The translations under genes were made by a program, and so were the position numbers. The notes under the pieces were generated by a model. That model was not told the DNA's origin, ran no database searches, and saw only the letters and a list, made by a program, of their open reading frames with translations. A stretch of 64,000 nucleotides of DNA from assembly GCF_001447785.1 (NCBI RefSeq), contig NW_015177022.1, forward strand, positions 916,654-980,653, given 5' to 3'. Below are positions 38,293 to 49,403 of the stretch, piece after piece (position 1 is the first letter of the stretch; each line of letters opens with the position of its first letter). The stretch comes from Gekko japonicus (lineage: Eukaryota).

Positions 38293-39181
38293 AAATTAAA
38301 AAGTAAGCAAGATTCATTTTTTTACTTATGATCATACAGTATAAGAATAATACAAAAAATACAATACTTTTGCATAAGTGTTGTAATATAGATTATGCAC
38401 ATAGTAGTTTAATACAGATCATCTGCAAATTATGGGTAGCCCATGGTTCCAGGGTGAGTTGCAATATAGATTGGTTGCAAAAGCTGTCCCTAACCCCGAT
38501 TTCCAGCCCTTTAAGTTATATATTGATTCATAAAACAACAATTTCTCTTATTCCTTGGCTATTGGCTTTCTTATGCTGCATACTGACGCACCTTAGAATG
38601 CAGCTCCCAGCTCAGCACCCTTTGAGCTTTCTTTGGAATGTACATCTGAGGGCCTGTCCATTCATGGCTGATATACGCAACAGCAGATCAGTTGCTGTCA
38701 CATCTTTTTTCTCCCGCCCCTCCCGCCACTGGAGCAACTTGTTTGGGGAAGCAAACAGGTGGTGAAGACCATTATTAGGATATTGCTATGCACACTAAGT
38801 TAGGTATAAGCAGTTACGGTCCATTCTTTTCATTCTTTTCTTTTAAAATTTCTTTTATTTTGTATGTTGTCCTTCAGTTGGATCTGTCTCCCTTTCTTTG
38901 CTCTAATTAATAATTCTTTTGTGTAATTTTAATGCCATTTTTATACAGTTGGTGCATAAATAATTCTGCAAATGCATGCATTTTGAAAGAGAAAATTCAA
39001 TACAAAAAAAAAGGAATATCGGTGCAAAAAAGGATCACAACAAAAAGATTCGCACATTCATTTTGAAACTATTTTAATTGTACCAGCATGCTTGGGAAAT
39101 ACACAGTGCCACCCTAAGCAGAGTTACAGCCTTCTAAGCCCACTGACTACAACAAACTGAGAAGGGTGTAACTCTGCTTAG

Positions 39182-39727
39182 TAGGGTTGCCTGCCAAGCA
39201 CTGGCAGCTGACGGGAGCATCTGAAAGTGGGGAAAATGTAATCAGTGTAATGCCAGTGCTGTTATGTAATTTCCAGCCCAAATCAGGAAATGGCATCATG
39301 TCAAGTTACCGGAGAGTTTCAGTGACATCCTAGAGCGTCATCCTGACATGGTGGTATCACTTCCTGATTCATTTTGGATATGACGTAATGGTGTTAACAC
39401 AACACAGATTTACCTTTTAGTTTCCATTATTTTTTTCACCTGCTGTCCTACCAAGAAACCCTGACCTGGATGCCCCAGGCTGGCCTGATCTTGTCAGATC
39501 TTGGAAGCTAAGGAGGGTCAGCCCTGGTGAGTATTTGGATGGGAGACCTCCAAGGAATACCAGGGTCCTGATGCAGAGGCAGACCTCTGAATGTCTCCTG
39601 CCTTGGAAACCCTACGGGGTCCACCATAAGTCAGCTGTGACCTGATGGCACTTTCCACCACCACCTACCAAGAGGGGGCAGAGGGTTGGGGGCTGCCAGT
39701 GGGAGGTCTCCTGCTATAGCAGCCTCA
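39182..39727. mobile_element. hAT Blackjack-like element
   Basis: tagggttgcc start, degenerate right TIR, 8-bp TSD ctgcttag/ctatttag. Confidence 0.65.
39457..39663 (+). mobile_element. 5S rRNA-derived SINE, full length
   Basis: 5S-like gatcttggaagctaaggagggtc..gtatttggatgggagacctccaaggaataccaggg; (cca)n tail; perfect 10-bp TSD cctaccaaga (39447-39456 and 39664-39673). Confidence 0.92.
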
Positions 39728-40260
39728 CTATTTAGGATGGCACTGTTCTTTTAGTCCCTGCATTAAATACATACATTATGGAGTGAAAGTATGTAAACAT
39801 TTTAAATCTATTTAACAGAACTTTAATACACTATGTCTGCAACTGAAAGCCAGGGTAGCAAAAGGGGTCATAGGAAAAATTTTGGAGGTGTCCCCATTAG
39901 CCCCTGTTTGCTATCCCTTGGACATTTCCCAGATAAAAACAGGAACACACTTTGAACATCCATATCCCCTTATCAAGGAGTACTGCCCGAGCCTCTCAGT
40001 ACACACTGTTGAAAGTTTTACTCCATCTGCTGTTTTCATTTCATTTACTATGTCATAGCCTGTCCTCCACTGTTGCGAAAGCCAAGAAGGAGTTTGTTGT
40101 TTAGGTTAAAGATAGGCTAGAAAAATATCTTTGCTTTGTGATCTGCTATCAAACGTGCCAGAAGCACCTCTCCAGCTATGTTGTCAAAAATGACAGGCTG
40201 TGCACTGAGAGGCAGCTAAATCATCATGTGTGTACATTGACAACATACACACTCGAGATA

Positions 40261-40454
40261 AGGGGTTGGATCCAGACTAAACTGACAATTTCCATTGATT
40301 CCCCCTTTCTACTGCAGATGCTTCTCATGTTATTTCTCCTGGTCCCCTATCCCCTAAGACTAACATTTCATGGAGATCTATGGTCTGCACTGGGAGGAGG
40401 AAAAGAGGAAAGTTCCATGCCAGTGCTGGGAAACTGAGTCTGGATCCAACCCCT
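40261..40454. mobile_element. MITE with a perfect 18-bp TIR (ggatccagact family)
   Basis: aggggttggatccagact / agtctggatccaacccct; relatives at 43550-43741 and ~54800-55062. Confidence 0.8.
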
Positions 40455-40499
40455 CCAGTCATACCTAGAGCTCCTGCAGAGGGAGGGAGCTAAGCTTGG

Positions 40500-40760
40500 A
40501 ACATAAGAGAAGCCAATGTTGGATCAGGCCAATGGCCCATCCAATCCAACACTCTGTCACACAGTGACCAAAAATACCAGGTGCAATCAGGAAGTCCAGC
40601 AGTGGGGCCAGGACACTAGAAGCCCTCCCACTTTTGCCTCCCCCAAGCATTAAGAATACAGTGCATCACTTGCCCCAGACTGAGAGTTCCTATCTATACC
40701 TTGTGGCTAATAGCCACTGATGGACCTCTGCTCTAGATGGACCCACTGATGGACCTCTGG
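40500..40760 (-). mobile_element. CR1 LINE 3' end (ttcttatg-tail subfamily)
   Basis: aacataagagaagcc..ggatcaggccaatggcccatcc...atagccactgatggacctctg. Confidence 0.8.
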
Positions 40761-41478
40761 AAGAATGATAACTGTAGCACTGCACATCTGCATTTTAGCA
40801 AGACATCCTCAAAAGTTGAAAACAGGGATAAAATTGGGACTGTGATTTTCCATGGGGAAGAACCCGTTCCTTTCTGCCACTACCCTGGTCAGTTGGCAAC
40901 CTTTTTGCTTTTCATTAATAGGGATGGTGTTAGAGCTAAATTACTGCTTGAAAACCATGGCCTTGTGACATTAGATCTGTCCTCTTTGATCCCACAAATT
41001 CAAACATCAGCTACATCCAGAATGGCTTCAACTTGGGAATTGTGGTTTGTGAAGATAAAAGGCAGTGGTGTGCATGTGAACAAGCATGGAACATTGTACC
41101 TGTGGTGGAGAATGTCTTCCACTAAACAGCAGGGGATCTGTGGCACAAAAATCACCCAGATTTCTCTGGCACACGTTGTATTGTCTACATACTCAGATGG
41201 GGCTGTGTGCTGCGAACCTTGCCGTTTAGCTAGGTGCCGAGGAAAAGTGTGATGCTGTGGACCATATGGGCTGCAATATCACTTTGCCTCACCATGTGAT
41301 GACTTGGAATCTTGTAGCTTTTTGTCAGTTTATAGCAACACTGTTAACTGACTATAAGCCAAACATTTAAGATTTTGTCTTTAATGGGGGATTTGAGCAA
41401 GTGGGAGAAACGATGTACATTTAAATTAAGATAATAATTTCTTGCTAAAATCCATCAGGCCATTGGAAGAACTTTGGC

Positions 41479-41677
41479 AGGGGCTGTGTCTCAGTGGAAG
41501 ATCACCTGCTTTATGTGCAGAAGAGTCCAGGTTCAATCCCCAGCATCCTCAGTTAAAATGATATGGTTCTAAAATGAAGACCTCCATTTCAGACCCTGGA
41601 GAGTTGCCCCCGGTCTAAGCAGATAATACTGACCTTGATAGACCAATGGTCTGATACTGTATAAGGCGGTTTCAGGT
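41479..41677 (+). mobile_element. tRNA(Ala)-like SINE with a CR1-like tail
   Basis: ggggctgtgtctcagtgg (A box), ggttcaatcccc (B box), tail gatagaccaatggtctgatactgtataaggc. Confidence 0.75.
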
Positions 41678-42151
41678 ATCAATTTAAATATATATTTTCT
41701 TCCCAGATGTGTTTTCCTGTGGCTAGTGCTTGGAATTGAAAGGTGACATTTTATTTATTTAAAATATTTCTACCCTGCCTTATCTCCCCAAGTCTTTTGC
41801 ATTGGCCCATTGGCCCACCTTGTACAGAACTGTCTATTCCAGTTGTCAGTAACTCTCCAGGCAAGACTTTAGCCAGGATGGGGCTAATGGGGCACTGTTT
41901 TTTCACACCTGATACTTAAAACGACAACAACAGGTTTTCAAATATCTGACATGAGAGTTTCCATTTAAGCAATGGAAACTTTTTTTTTTGCCACTACATT
42001 TCTGCTAAAATAGGGAAGATCTCAGTGAGAAAGCATCTGCTTTTCAGGCAGAAAGTCCCAGGTTCAGTCTCTGGCACCTCCATTTTTTAAAAAGGATCTG
42101 GTAGGTTTTGTTGTGAAATGTGAATTGGCAGAGAAATGTGAATTGGCAGAA

Positions 42152-42185
42152 GCTGGGATTACAGGCATGAGCCACCACGCCTGGC
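42152..42185 (-). other. 34-bp segment matching the 5' end of a primate Alu left monomer
   Basis: Minus strand GCCAGGCGTGGTGGCTCATGCCTGTAATCCCAGC versus recalled Alu consensus GCCGGGCGCGGTGGCTCACGCCTGTAATCCCAGC: 31/34, all mismatches are CpG transitions. Confidence 0.75.
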
Positions 42186-42811
42186 AGAAAGTGACCTTAA
42201 GAGCCTCTTGCTCAGGGTCAAAGAGGAGAGTGCAAAAGTGGGCTTGAAGCTCAACATCAAAAAAACTAAGATCATGGCATCCGGCCCCATCACTCCTTGG
42301 CAAATAGAAGGGGAAGTCGTGGAAGTAGTGACAGACTTCACGTTCCTGGGATCCCAGATCACCGCAGACTGTGACTGCAGCCATGAAATTAAAAGACGCC
42401 TGCTCCTTGGGAGGAAAGCGATGGCGAACCTAAACAGCATGATAAAAAGTAGAGACATCACCCTGCCAACAAAAGTCCGCATGGTCAAAGCAATGGTATT
42501 CCCAGTAGTCATGTATGGCTGCGAGAGTTGGACGATAAGGAAGGCCGAGCGCCGAAGAATAGATGCTTTTGAACTATGGTGCTGGAGGAGACTCTTGAGA
42601 GTCCCTTGGACTGCAAGAAGAACAAATCAGTCAATCCTCAAAGAAATCAACCCTGACTGTTCCCTGGAAGGCCAGATAATGAAACTGAAGCTCAAATACT
42701 TTGGCCACCAAATGAGAAGGGAGCACTCACTGGAAAAGACCCTGATGCTGGGAAAGATTGAAGGTCAAAGAAGACGGGGACGGCAAAGGATGAGATGGTT
42801 AGACAGTGTCA
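42182..42811 (+). mobile_element. BovB (RTE-clade) LINE fragment, open reading frame across the RT C-terminal region
   Basis: KVGLKLNIKKTKIMASGPITPWQIEGE..DCSHEIKRRLLLGRKAM..KAMVFPVVMYGCESWTIRKAERRRIDAFELWCWRRLLRVPWTARR..GRQRMRWLD is the characteristic BovB sequence. Confidence 0.97.
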
Positions 42812-42986
42812 CATCCCCCCGGGTGAGGTGCGGGAGGGCGGGGCCTGGAGCTCCCTGCTGGTGCCCGCTGGAGGTCGCCGCCGTCTGTGGGGAGGACACA
42901 CTTCCGGTGATGTCAGGGGGTGTGGCATATGCTAATGAGTTATGCTAATGAGTCCCCCTAGCTCTTTTTCTACAAAATGACCCCTG
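42812..42986 (-). mobile_element. hAT MITE, caggggtcattt-TIR family, lacking one terminus
   Basis: Reverse complement of the 17341 left end (atgctaatgagttatgctaatgag...aaaatgacccctg); shares cacctcacccggggg with the right part of 17341-17681. Confidence 0.85.
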
Positions 42987-44704
42987 GATTTAGGTTTATT
43001 ATTTACAGCACTATTCCAAGGGCACTTTCCTAGGAGCGATGCCCACTGAATAGACCTGATTAAGAGTCTGAGTTGACCTGGTTAGGACTGCTCTCTTACA
43101 CTGTAGTTGTAAGCAGAGTACCCCTTCTAAGTCCATTGACTTCAATGGATTTAGAAGGATGTAGGACTGCATGTTTTTTTTTTAAAAAAATGATTTGGAT
43201 CCAGCCAGATTTTCTGATGGAGTAAAAGGAAGGAGGCATCTTTTGTGACTGCTGTAAAAGGCTTTGCTGAGAATCATAGGATCTGACTGTACAAAAGCTG
43301 TATGGAAAATGCTGGCTGGATCCAATTGATTTCAGTAGTATCAAACCACAAGTGATGGAGAGGGTTAATCAAATCAAGAGATAACTGCTTGTTCTGGCCT
43401 TAGCAAGATCTGGTCCAAGGGCTTCCAATGGCTGATCCCCACTCTATGGTGTCCCCAACTTGGGGACCCTCAATTGGGTGGAAAGATGGCATAGAAATGT
43501 TTTGAATAAGTAAGTAAATAAAAATGTGCCAGTTTGCAAAACAACCCTTTGAGCTGGATCCAAACTAAACTGTCATTTCCCACCAACTTCCCCATTTGTG
43601 TTGCAGACCCCATTTGTGTCATTCCTCCAGGTTCCCTGTTTTCTAAGAGCAGCATTTTTACACAGATCAGTGGGCTACAGTGGGAGAGGGAGGCAGGGAG
43701 GTACCATTCTGTCCCTGGAAAATTCAGTCCGAATCCAGCCCTTCATCTGGAAGCATCTTTGAGCCAATCTACTTATTACACAGGAGGCCCATCACATCTC
43801 CCACTATATTTTAATGATGCAACCACACCGCCCCGCCCCCCCCAACTGTGAGACATAGCCCAAGTTGATTTAGGGATGTAACTCCAAGGGTGAAGAACTT
43901 TAATCTTTTTGCCCAGGTAATTTGTCTGAAGTTGTTATAAACTATAGCAGGACCAAAAAAAAAGAGAGGCATGCATACCTCTCCCCCCCACCCACACCAA
44001 TGTAGCTAATAGCAGCTTCAGGGAGGAGGGTTATTTCTTTTGGGGAAACTTCATTTATTGTCTTTACTGTTTTTGCAGCCGGAGTCATAACATGGGAGAA
44101 ATGCTGCAAACCCCTTCCACCAGCATCACAGCCCTGATGCACTTTCTTTCCGTGCAACAGAATTCAAAGGTTACTCTAGATGAAGGGCTGGGAGATCCAT
44201 GATTTGGATCTTCTCAGCAAGTTTAAAAATAAATTACAGTCACATGTGGTCCTGATTCAAATTTGAGCCATGTGAAGAGGAGAGGAGATGAAGGGGCTGA
44301 ATCCTTTCTCCCTTGTATGGTTTTGTCTATCATGGATTTCCCGGCAGCTTATTGATCTTGACCCTTAATCTTTAAGAAAACACCCAGCGATCTGATAATG
44401 GCACCCTCACTTAATTTTTTTAGTTTGGATGATGCTGAATTGTGGTCAGGCCATGTGAAGCTCAGAAGAGGTGGAAGTGGGTCAAATACAAGGTCAGGAA
44501 GTCTGTAGAGATAAAACAATTTAGAGACATTGCTTATATTTTACAGTTTGAAGAAACTTGTGAATTGTGGACTTGCCCTTAGATCACATGACCTTACTTT
44601 GTTCTGAAGCCATTCTTCGTTGTGTTAAGTCTATAGCTGTGGACCCAGAATTATTACAAATAGCACTCCCCGAAAGGTGTTCCTTAGATTTTTTTTAGTG
44701 AGAG

Positions 44705-44910
44705 ACAGTGCCGTGGAGTGGTTAGATTCGTGATCTATACCAAAGTGGTGGTGGGGAACCACCCAAATTAAAATCCCTGTTCACTATCCGACTTTGAGCT
44801 AGTCATTCTCTCTCAGTCTAGCCTGCCTCACAGGGCTGAGATAAAATGGAAGAAGGAAAATGAAGTACAATGATGACTTGAGCCCTCTTAGAGGAAAGGC
44901 AGCAGAAAAT
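44705..44910 (+). mobile_element. Old MIR/Squam3-like SINE
   Basis: gtggttag head, ctcagtctagcctgcctcacaggg core, gaggaaaggc tail. Confidence 0.55.
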
Positions 44911-46127
44911 ACATTTGGGAACATGATGCTGGATTTTGTGGACCTACTGCTTCAGTTTGAAATCTCTTTTGTGGTTTCTGGATGAAATTTATGCTTGGTC
45001 TTTTTCCTGATCTTAGGAACCAGATTTGATAGAAATATTGCTGTAAAAATTGGCACCATCAATTGCATTTAAGTGGCATAAAAATTGGTATTAAAAACCC
45101 ATCAGAAGCAGGAAATTTGCCAAAAGCAATAGGTGGGATGAAAAAGGACCTCCTGCCTGCTTATGAAAATGAAAACAAAGAAGGTATTTGTACATATCTA
45201 ATTGGCATACAGTATCCAGTGCAAACTACAACCCAAAATGCTGCCGATTTAAAGGGGAATATTTGCCACTGTGTGAATTGCCAGTCTTCAAATATTCATC
45301 TTGCCTCTGCATTATTTCCTCCTCCTCCTCCTCCATGTACACAGCTGCCCAGCTGGGCTCTAAGTTTTGTCACTTCGACACAGAGTTGCCTTCCCATGCC
45401 TTTTGCATTATTGTAACCGACAAGTCTGCGACACTGTCTGATGTTAATTCTGCCGCATTGCTGCCAATTATAATCAGAGCTAGTCAAAATAAACAAATTA
45501 AACAAATAAACATGTCAAAACAGCTCAGACATGGGTGGGTGGGGGAGCCCAAATGGAGTGTTATCAGTGTAGAGGCAGAACCGATGAGGCGGCACAGTGT
45601 AAACTGATCCCGTTATGTTCTTCACCTTTTGCTGGGGAAAAGGGAAGGAAGGTGAGGCAGGCTAGAGTTACAATCCAGGCAGCTCTGCAAATGAACCCAA
45701 ATCAAACCCAAATGTTTTCTTCTTTCTCCCTTCCTCAATGTGTGATGACAATCCTGCCATATATTTGAAAGGCNNNNNNNNNNNNNNNNNNNNNNNNNNN
45801 NNNNNNNNNNNNNNNNNNNNNNNCATAATGCCAGTTCTCTTAGTCATGCTATAATCTGGAAGAGTTGCAAGGAGAAGGGGACCATCCATGCAATAAGGTG
45901 AAAAGGCTCGTTCAGGGCCAAACTAGCTGTTTACTTTTTTTAAACTGTTGGGTCTGGGTTCCCCACAATGGCCATTAAAAAATAAAGCAGAACCCATTTG
46001 GGCTGGGAATGCCACCACAAGGGGAGGAAGGGCTCCTGCCCCCGAGCCATTTTCCCATGTCTTCTCCATGTTTACTTGGCAATCTTGTGAAAGATTTTTG
46101 CTTCCATAAGAAACTTTTTTTTTTTTT

Positions 46128-46317
46128 TGCTGTCAAGTCACGGCCAATTTATGGCAACCCTGTAGGGTTTTCAAGGCAAGAGACTAACAGGTGGCCTGCC
46201 TTTATGTAATGACCCTGGTATTCCCTGGTGATCTCCCATCCAAATACTGACAAGGGCGAACCCTTCTTAGCTTCCCAGATCTGATGGAATCAGGCTAGCT
46301 GGTCTACCAGTTAAGGC
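46128..46317 (-). mobile_element. 5S rRNA-derived SINE
   Basis: tctcccatccaaatactgac...cttagcttcccagatctga is the reverse complement of the 5S control region; Sauria-like tail. Confidence 0.8.
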
Positions 46318-47501
46318 AAACCATAGTTTGTTATTAAGGCCAAACAGCAAACTGTGGTTTGCTCTTTTTCTTTACAAACCAAAATTCTGAACTCTGATTT
46401 AATCTAGTTTAGAATCATGCTTTGTAGGAAAGAGACTAAACTATCCTACCCCCAGCCACTGATCAGCTGGCTGGTGTGTGTGTGGGATTTACCAGGAGAA
46501 AGGAGAAGGCCTAGGCCTCATTAGCGGCACCAAACAGGAAGTGATGTCATTGTGCCAGCAATGTCTGGGTGATGACTGGTAGAAGCCAGTTTTACCATAG
46601 AATTTTTGCGCAGAGCGTCACGGTGTGATGTGATTATGTCACTTCCTGTGCAAAGCCAGAGATGAGGCCTGGTTCTTTCTACTCATAAGCCCCCCCCCCA
46701 TCCCCTGCTGATCACTAGGAGGGACCTGGCAACCCCAAACTAAATTATAGTTTGCAGATGGAATGAACAGCTAGGATTTCTCATAAAAGCAGAAGTTCTT
46801 TAACTAGATTGCCATGTGCAATGGGAAGACGGAGCCTGATGATCTGTTACCCCAAACCTGAGCCTTCACATGTAGGTTTGACAAGCATGCAACCCAATAG
46901 TCTAGGGATTGCTTTAGGCCTGTGTTTACACTGGCTTCCTTTCACATGCCCTTTCCTCAAAAGATTTGGAAACAGAGACACCTCTAATAAGCAATAGCAA
47001 ACTTCATTGATTAACAAGTAGACAGATCAAAGAAGGAAATTAAAGACATCAGTTAATCAGTGGCAGGTCATAAATGTAACAATAACAATCTCAATCCCAG
47101 TGTGATTATTCCTTTATTTTTCAGTAGTGTTCCACCCGTCTCTAATTCCCTTTTGGGGAACCAGCCAAAGGAAGTGTGTTTGTGTGAGGTCCTGGCAGGG
47201 ACCAATAGCTGAGATGAGAAAGAGAGAGAAAGAGTAACAGACAGACAAATCAGCAGCAGGCATTGGGGGCTAGAATCACCTGGGATTGAGTCCAAGGGGT
47301 TATGCTTAAGAGTGTTGTAGAGGATGGAAGTGAGGGACAGCTAACGGGTTGTAGAAGTGCCTGGAGGGGGGGGCGGAGAGGGGGGTCTCTGGTGGTGAGG
47401 TAGAAAGAGAGAAAGAGTGGTGATGCAGCAGGATGATGCTGTGGAATGGTCCTTGCAGAGGGCTGGTAGGAAACTTGTGGGATGGATGTAGTAAGACAGG
47501 T

Positions 47502-47899
47502 AAGGTTGCGAGCTCCAGGTAGGGAAATACCTTGAGATCTGGGGGGTAGGGTTTGGGGAGTAGAGGCACTTCAGTGGGGGGATATAATGCCATAGAGTCC
47601 ACCTTCCAAAGTGGCCAGTTTCTCCAGGTGAACTGATCTCTGTCAGCTGGATCAAGGAAAATCCAGGCGAACGCTGTTCTTATGGGAACTAATTAATGTT
47701 GATCATCTTAGCAGACACCTTTTGACTCAATTGTATTCTGATTGTATGGTTTTAGTATATCTTAAATTTTACTCTAATCCTTGGTTTGTAACGGCTTATG
47801 GCTAAATACAAATAAATTTCTATTTCACTGTCAGCTGGAGATCCATTGTAATCTAAGGACAGGGGATTTCTAGCCACCTCCTGGAGGTTGGCAACCCTA
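47502..47899. mobile_element. hAT Blackjack-like MITE interrupted by a retroposon
   Basis: taaggttgc...ttggcaacccta; body split at ctgtcagctgga. Confidence 0.75.
47652..47827 (+). mobile_element. Short non-LTR retroposon 3' end, family unassigned
   Basis: Perfect 12-bp TSD ctgtcagctgga (47640-47651 and 47828-47839); aataaa near the 3' end. Confidence 0.7.
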
Positions 47900-48461
47900 A
47901 CAGAAGAGGGAGAGTTGAATCATACTTTGCCTGATTCTGTTGTCTTGGTGTTGGGATGGTGGGGAAGGTCAGTCTGGAGGAAAAACTGAACCCATTTTGT
48001 GGCTAAAATTCCAGTCGTTATGTATCAGAGTTCCCTTTGTCTTTGAGAGTCCCGTGATGATTATTGGAAGATAATTAAGTTGTCTTATTTTCTAGTTTCA
48101 GACTTCAAGAAACTTATTTTGTTTGGTAATATTTCTTTGGGACAAAGGTAGTTGTGAACTGAGACATTGACCCGATCTCCTGATTAACTCAAAAACACTG
48201 ATTGGCTATTTGCTTACAGAGATGTTGGGGCTCAAGTCCAGGAGATTGGCATTTGTCTTTAGGAAGGAGACTAGAGTGTTCTTTTGAGTGTCTCAGACAT
48301 TGTCCTAATAATCTCTAAATCTTCTGTAATATTTGTCCTTTGTAGTCACAAACACTAACCGTTTTTGTGGCTGGAATCTGAAATGATCACAGGTAATCAA
48401 GGCCTTTGCTTTTAAGGTGAACTTTCATGCAAAACGCTGCTTATACCTAGAAGTAAACTTT

Positions 48462-48903
48462 GGCCCCGGTCACACGGGAGACTTTGGCCTGGGAGAGGGA
48501 TGGATCGGGGGTGCAGCAAACGGGCGCGATCTCACCGCAACATCTGGGAAGTGGCGCGCACCCATCCCCGATCTGTCCCTAAACCCTGAAAACCCACTGC
48601 GAAAAAGAACCTCCTACAGAGGAGGACTTACCTGAAGCACCGCTGCAAGCGTGGCCGTGGGATCGCCGCCGTGCCCGTCGCTCAGATCAATCCAGTCTCC
48701 CCGCCGAAGTGCGCATGTGCACACATGCGCAGTTCGGCTGTCGCGCTCTTTCTTTAGTGGCTTCCCCCGGCATCTGATCGTGCCGGGGAGGAAGTGCGCG
48801 GCGGCTTGGGGATCTATGTGATCTCGCCGCCACGTCTCTCTTTTGGTGCGGCTTTAGAAAACCACACTTTGCCCGTGCTATCCCCCCCCATGTGGCAGGG
48901 GCC
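48462..48903. mobile_element. CpG-rich PIF/Harbinger-like MITE
   Basis: Imperfect TIRs ggccccggtcacacggg / cccatgtggcaggggcc; central palindrome gtgcgcatgtgcacacatgcgca. Confidence 0.65.
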
Positions 48904-49104
48904 TCTGTTGCTCTTAAAGATGCCACTGAACTCAAACTTTGTTCCATTGATTTCTTTGTGAGACTCAGCCTGCGTCTTCCTCCGGCCTTTTGGCATTTCT
49001 ACTTTTGGGTCTGAGAGTGAGGGGGTGCCTTTAGCTGCCCCTTGTTCTATATTCTGGGGCAGCTTGAGGCCCTAGATGACTGTAGGGGTGCAACCTTGGG
49101 GTTG

Positions 49105-49276
49105 CAGGTCTGTGGTAGAGCATCTGGTTTGCATGCAGAAGGACTCAAGTTCAATCCCCAGAATCTCTAGTTAAAAGAGTATCAGTTAGGTGATGTGAAA
49201 GACCTCTTCATGAGACCTTAGAGAGCTGTTGCTGGTCAGAACAGACAATATTGTTCAGTGGTATGATTCAAGGTAG

Positions 49277-49277
<1 letters not shown>
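49105..49277 (+). mobile_element. tRNA(Ala)-like SINE
   Basis: gtggtagagcatctggtttgcatgcagaagg..gttcaatcccc; same family as 41479. Confidence 0.7.
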
Positions 49278-49334
<57 letters not shown>

Positions 49335-49403
49335 TCAAGCACTTTTGCACATAAAGGCTGTGATCCCAAACCTGATGAACAGAGAGAGAGAGAGAGAGAG
49401 AGA
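49278..49403. repeat. Compound microsatellite (TG)n(AG)n plus a second (AG)n
   Basis: Directly visible. Confidence 0.95.

Larger units (their letters stand above)
39103..39746. mobile_element. Short palindromic MITE hosting a hAT element and a 5S SINE
   Basis: Outer ends acagtgccaccctaagcagagttac / taggatggcactgt; an uninterrupted relative lies at ~43098-43172. Confidence 0.7.

Noticed and set aside
41479-41550. tRNA-Ala genes (also 31655, 49105)
   Set aside because: The cloverleaf is degenerate, there is no terminator, and a shared SINE body follows.
42208-42948. 246-aa ORF as a novel fusion gene
   Set aside because: It is BovB RT read-through into an adjacent MITE, with a TTG start and no evidence of expression.
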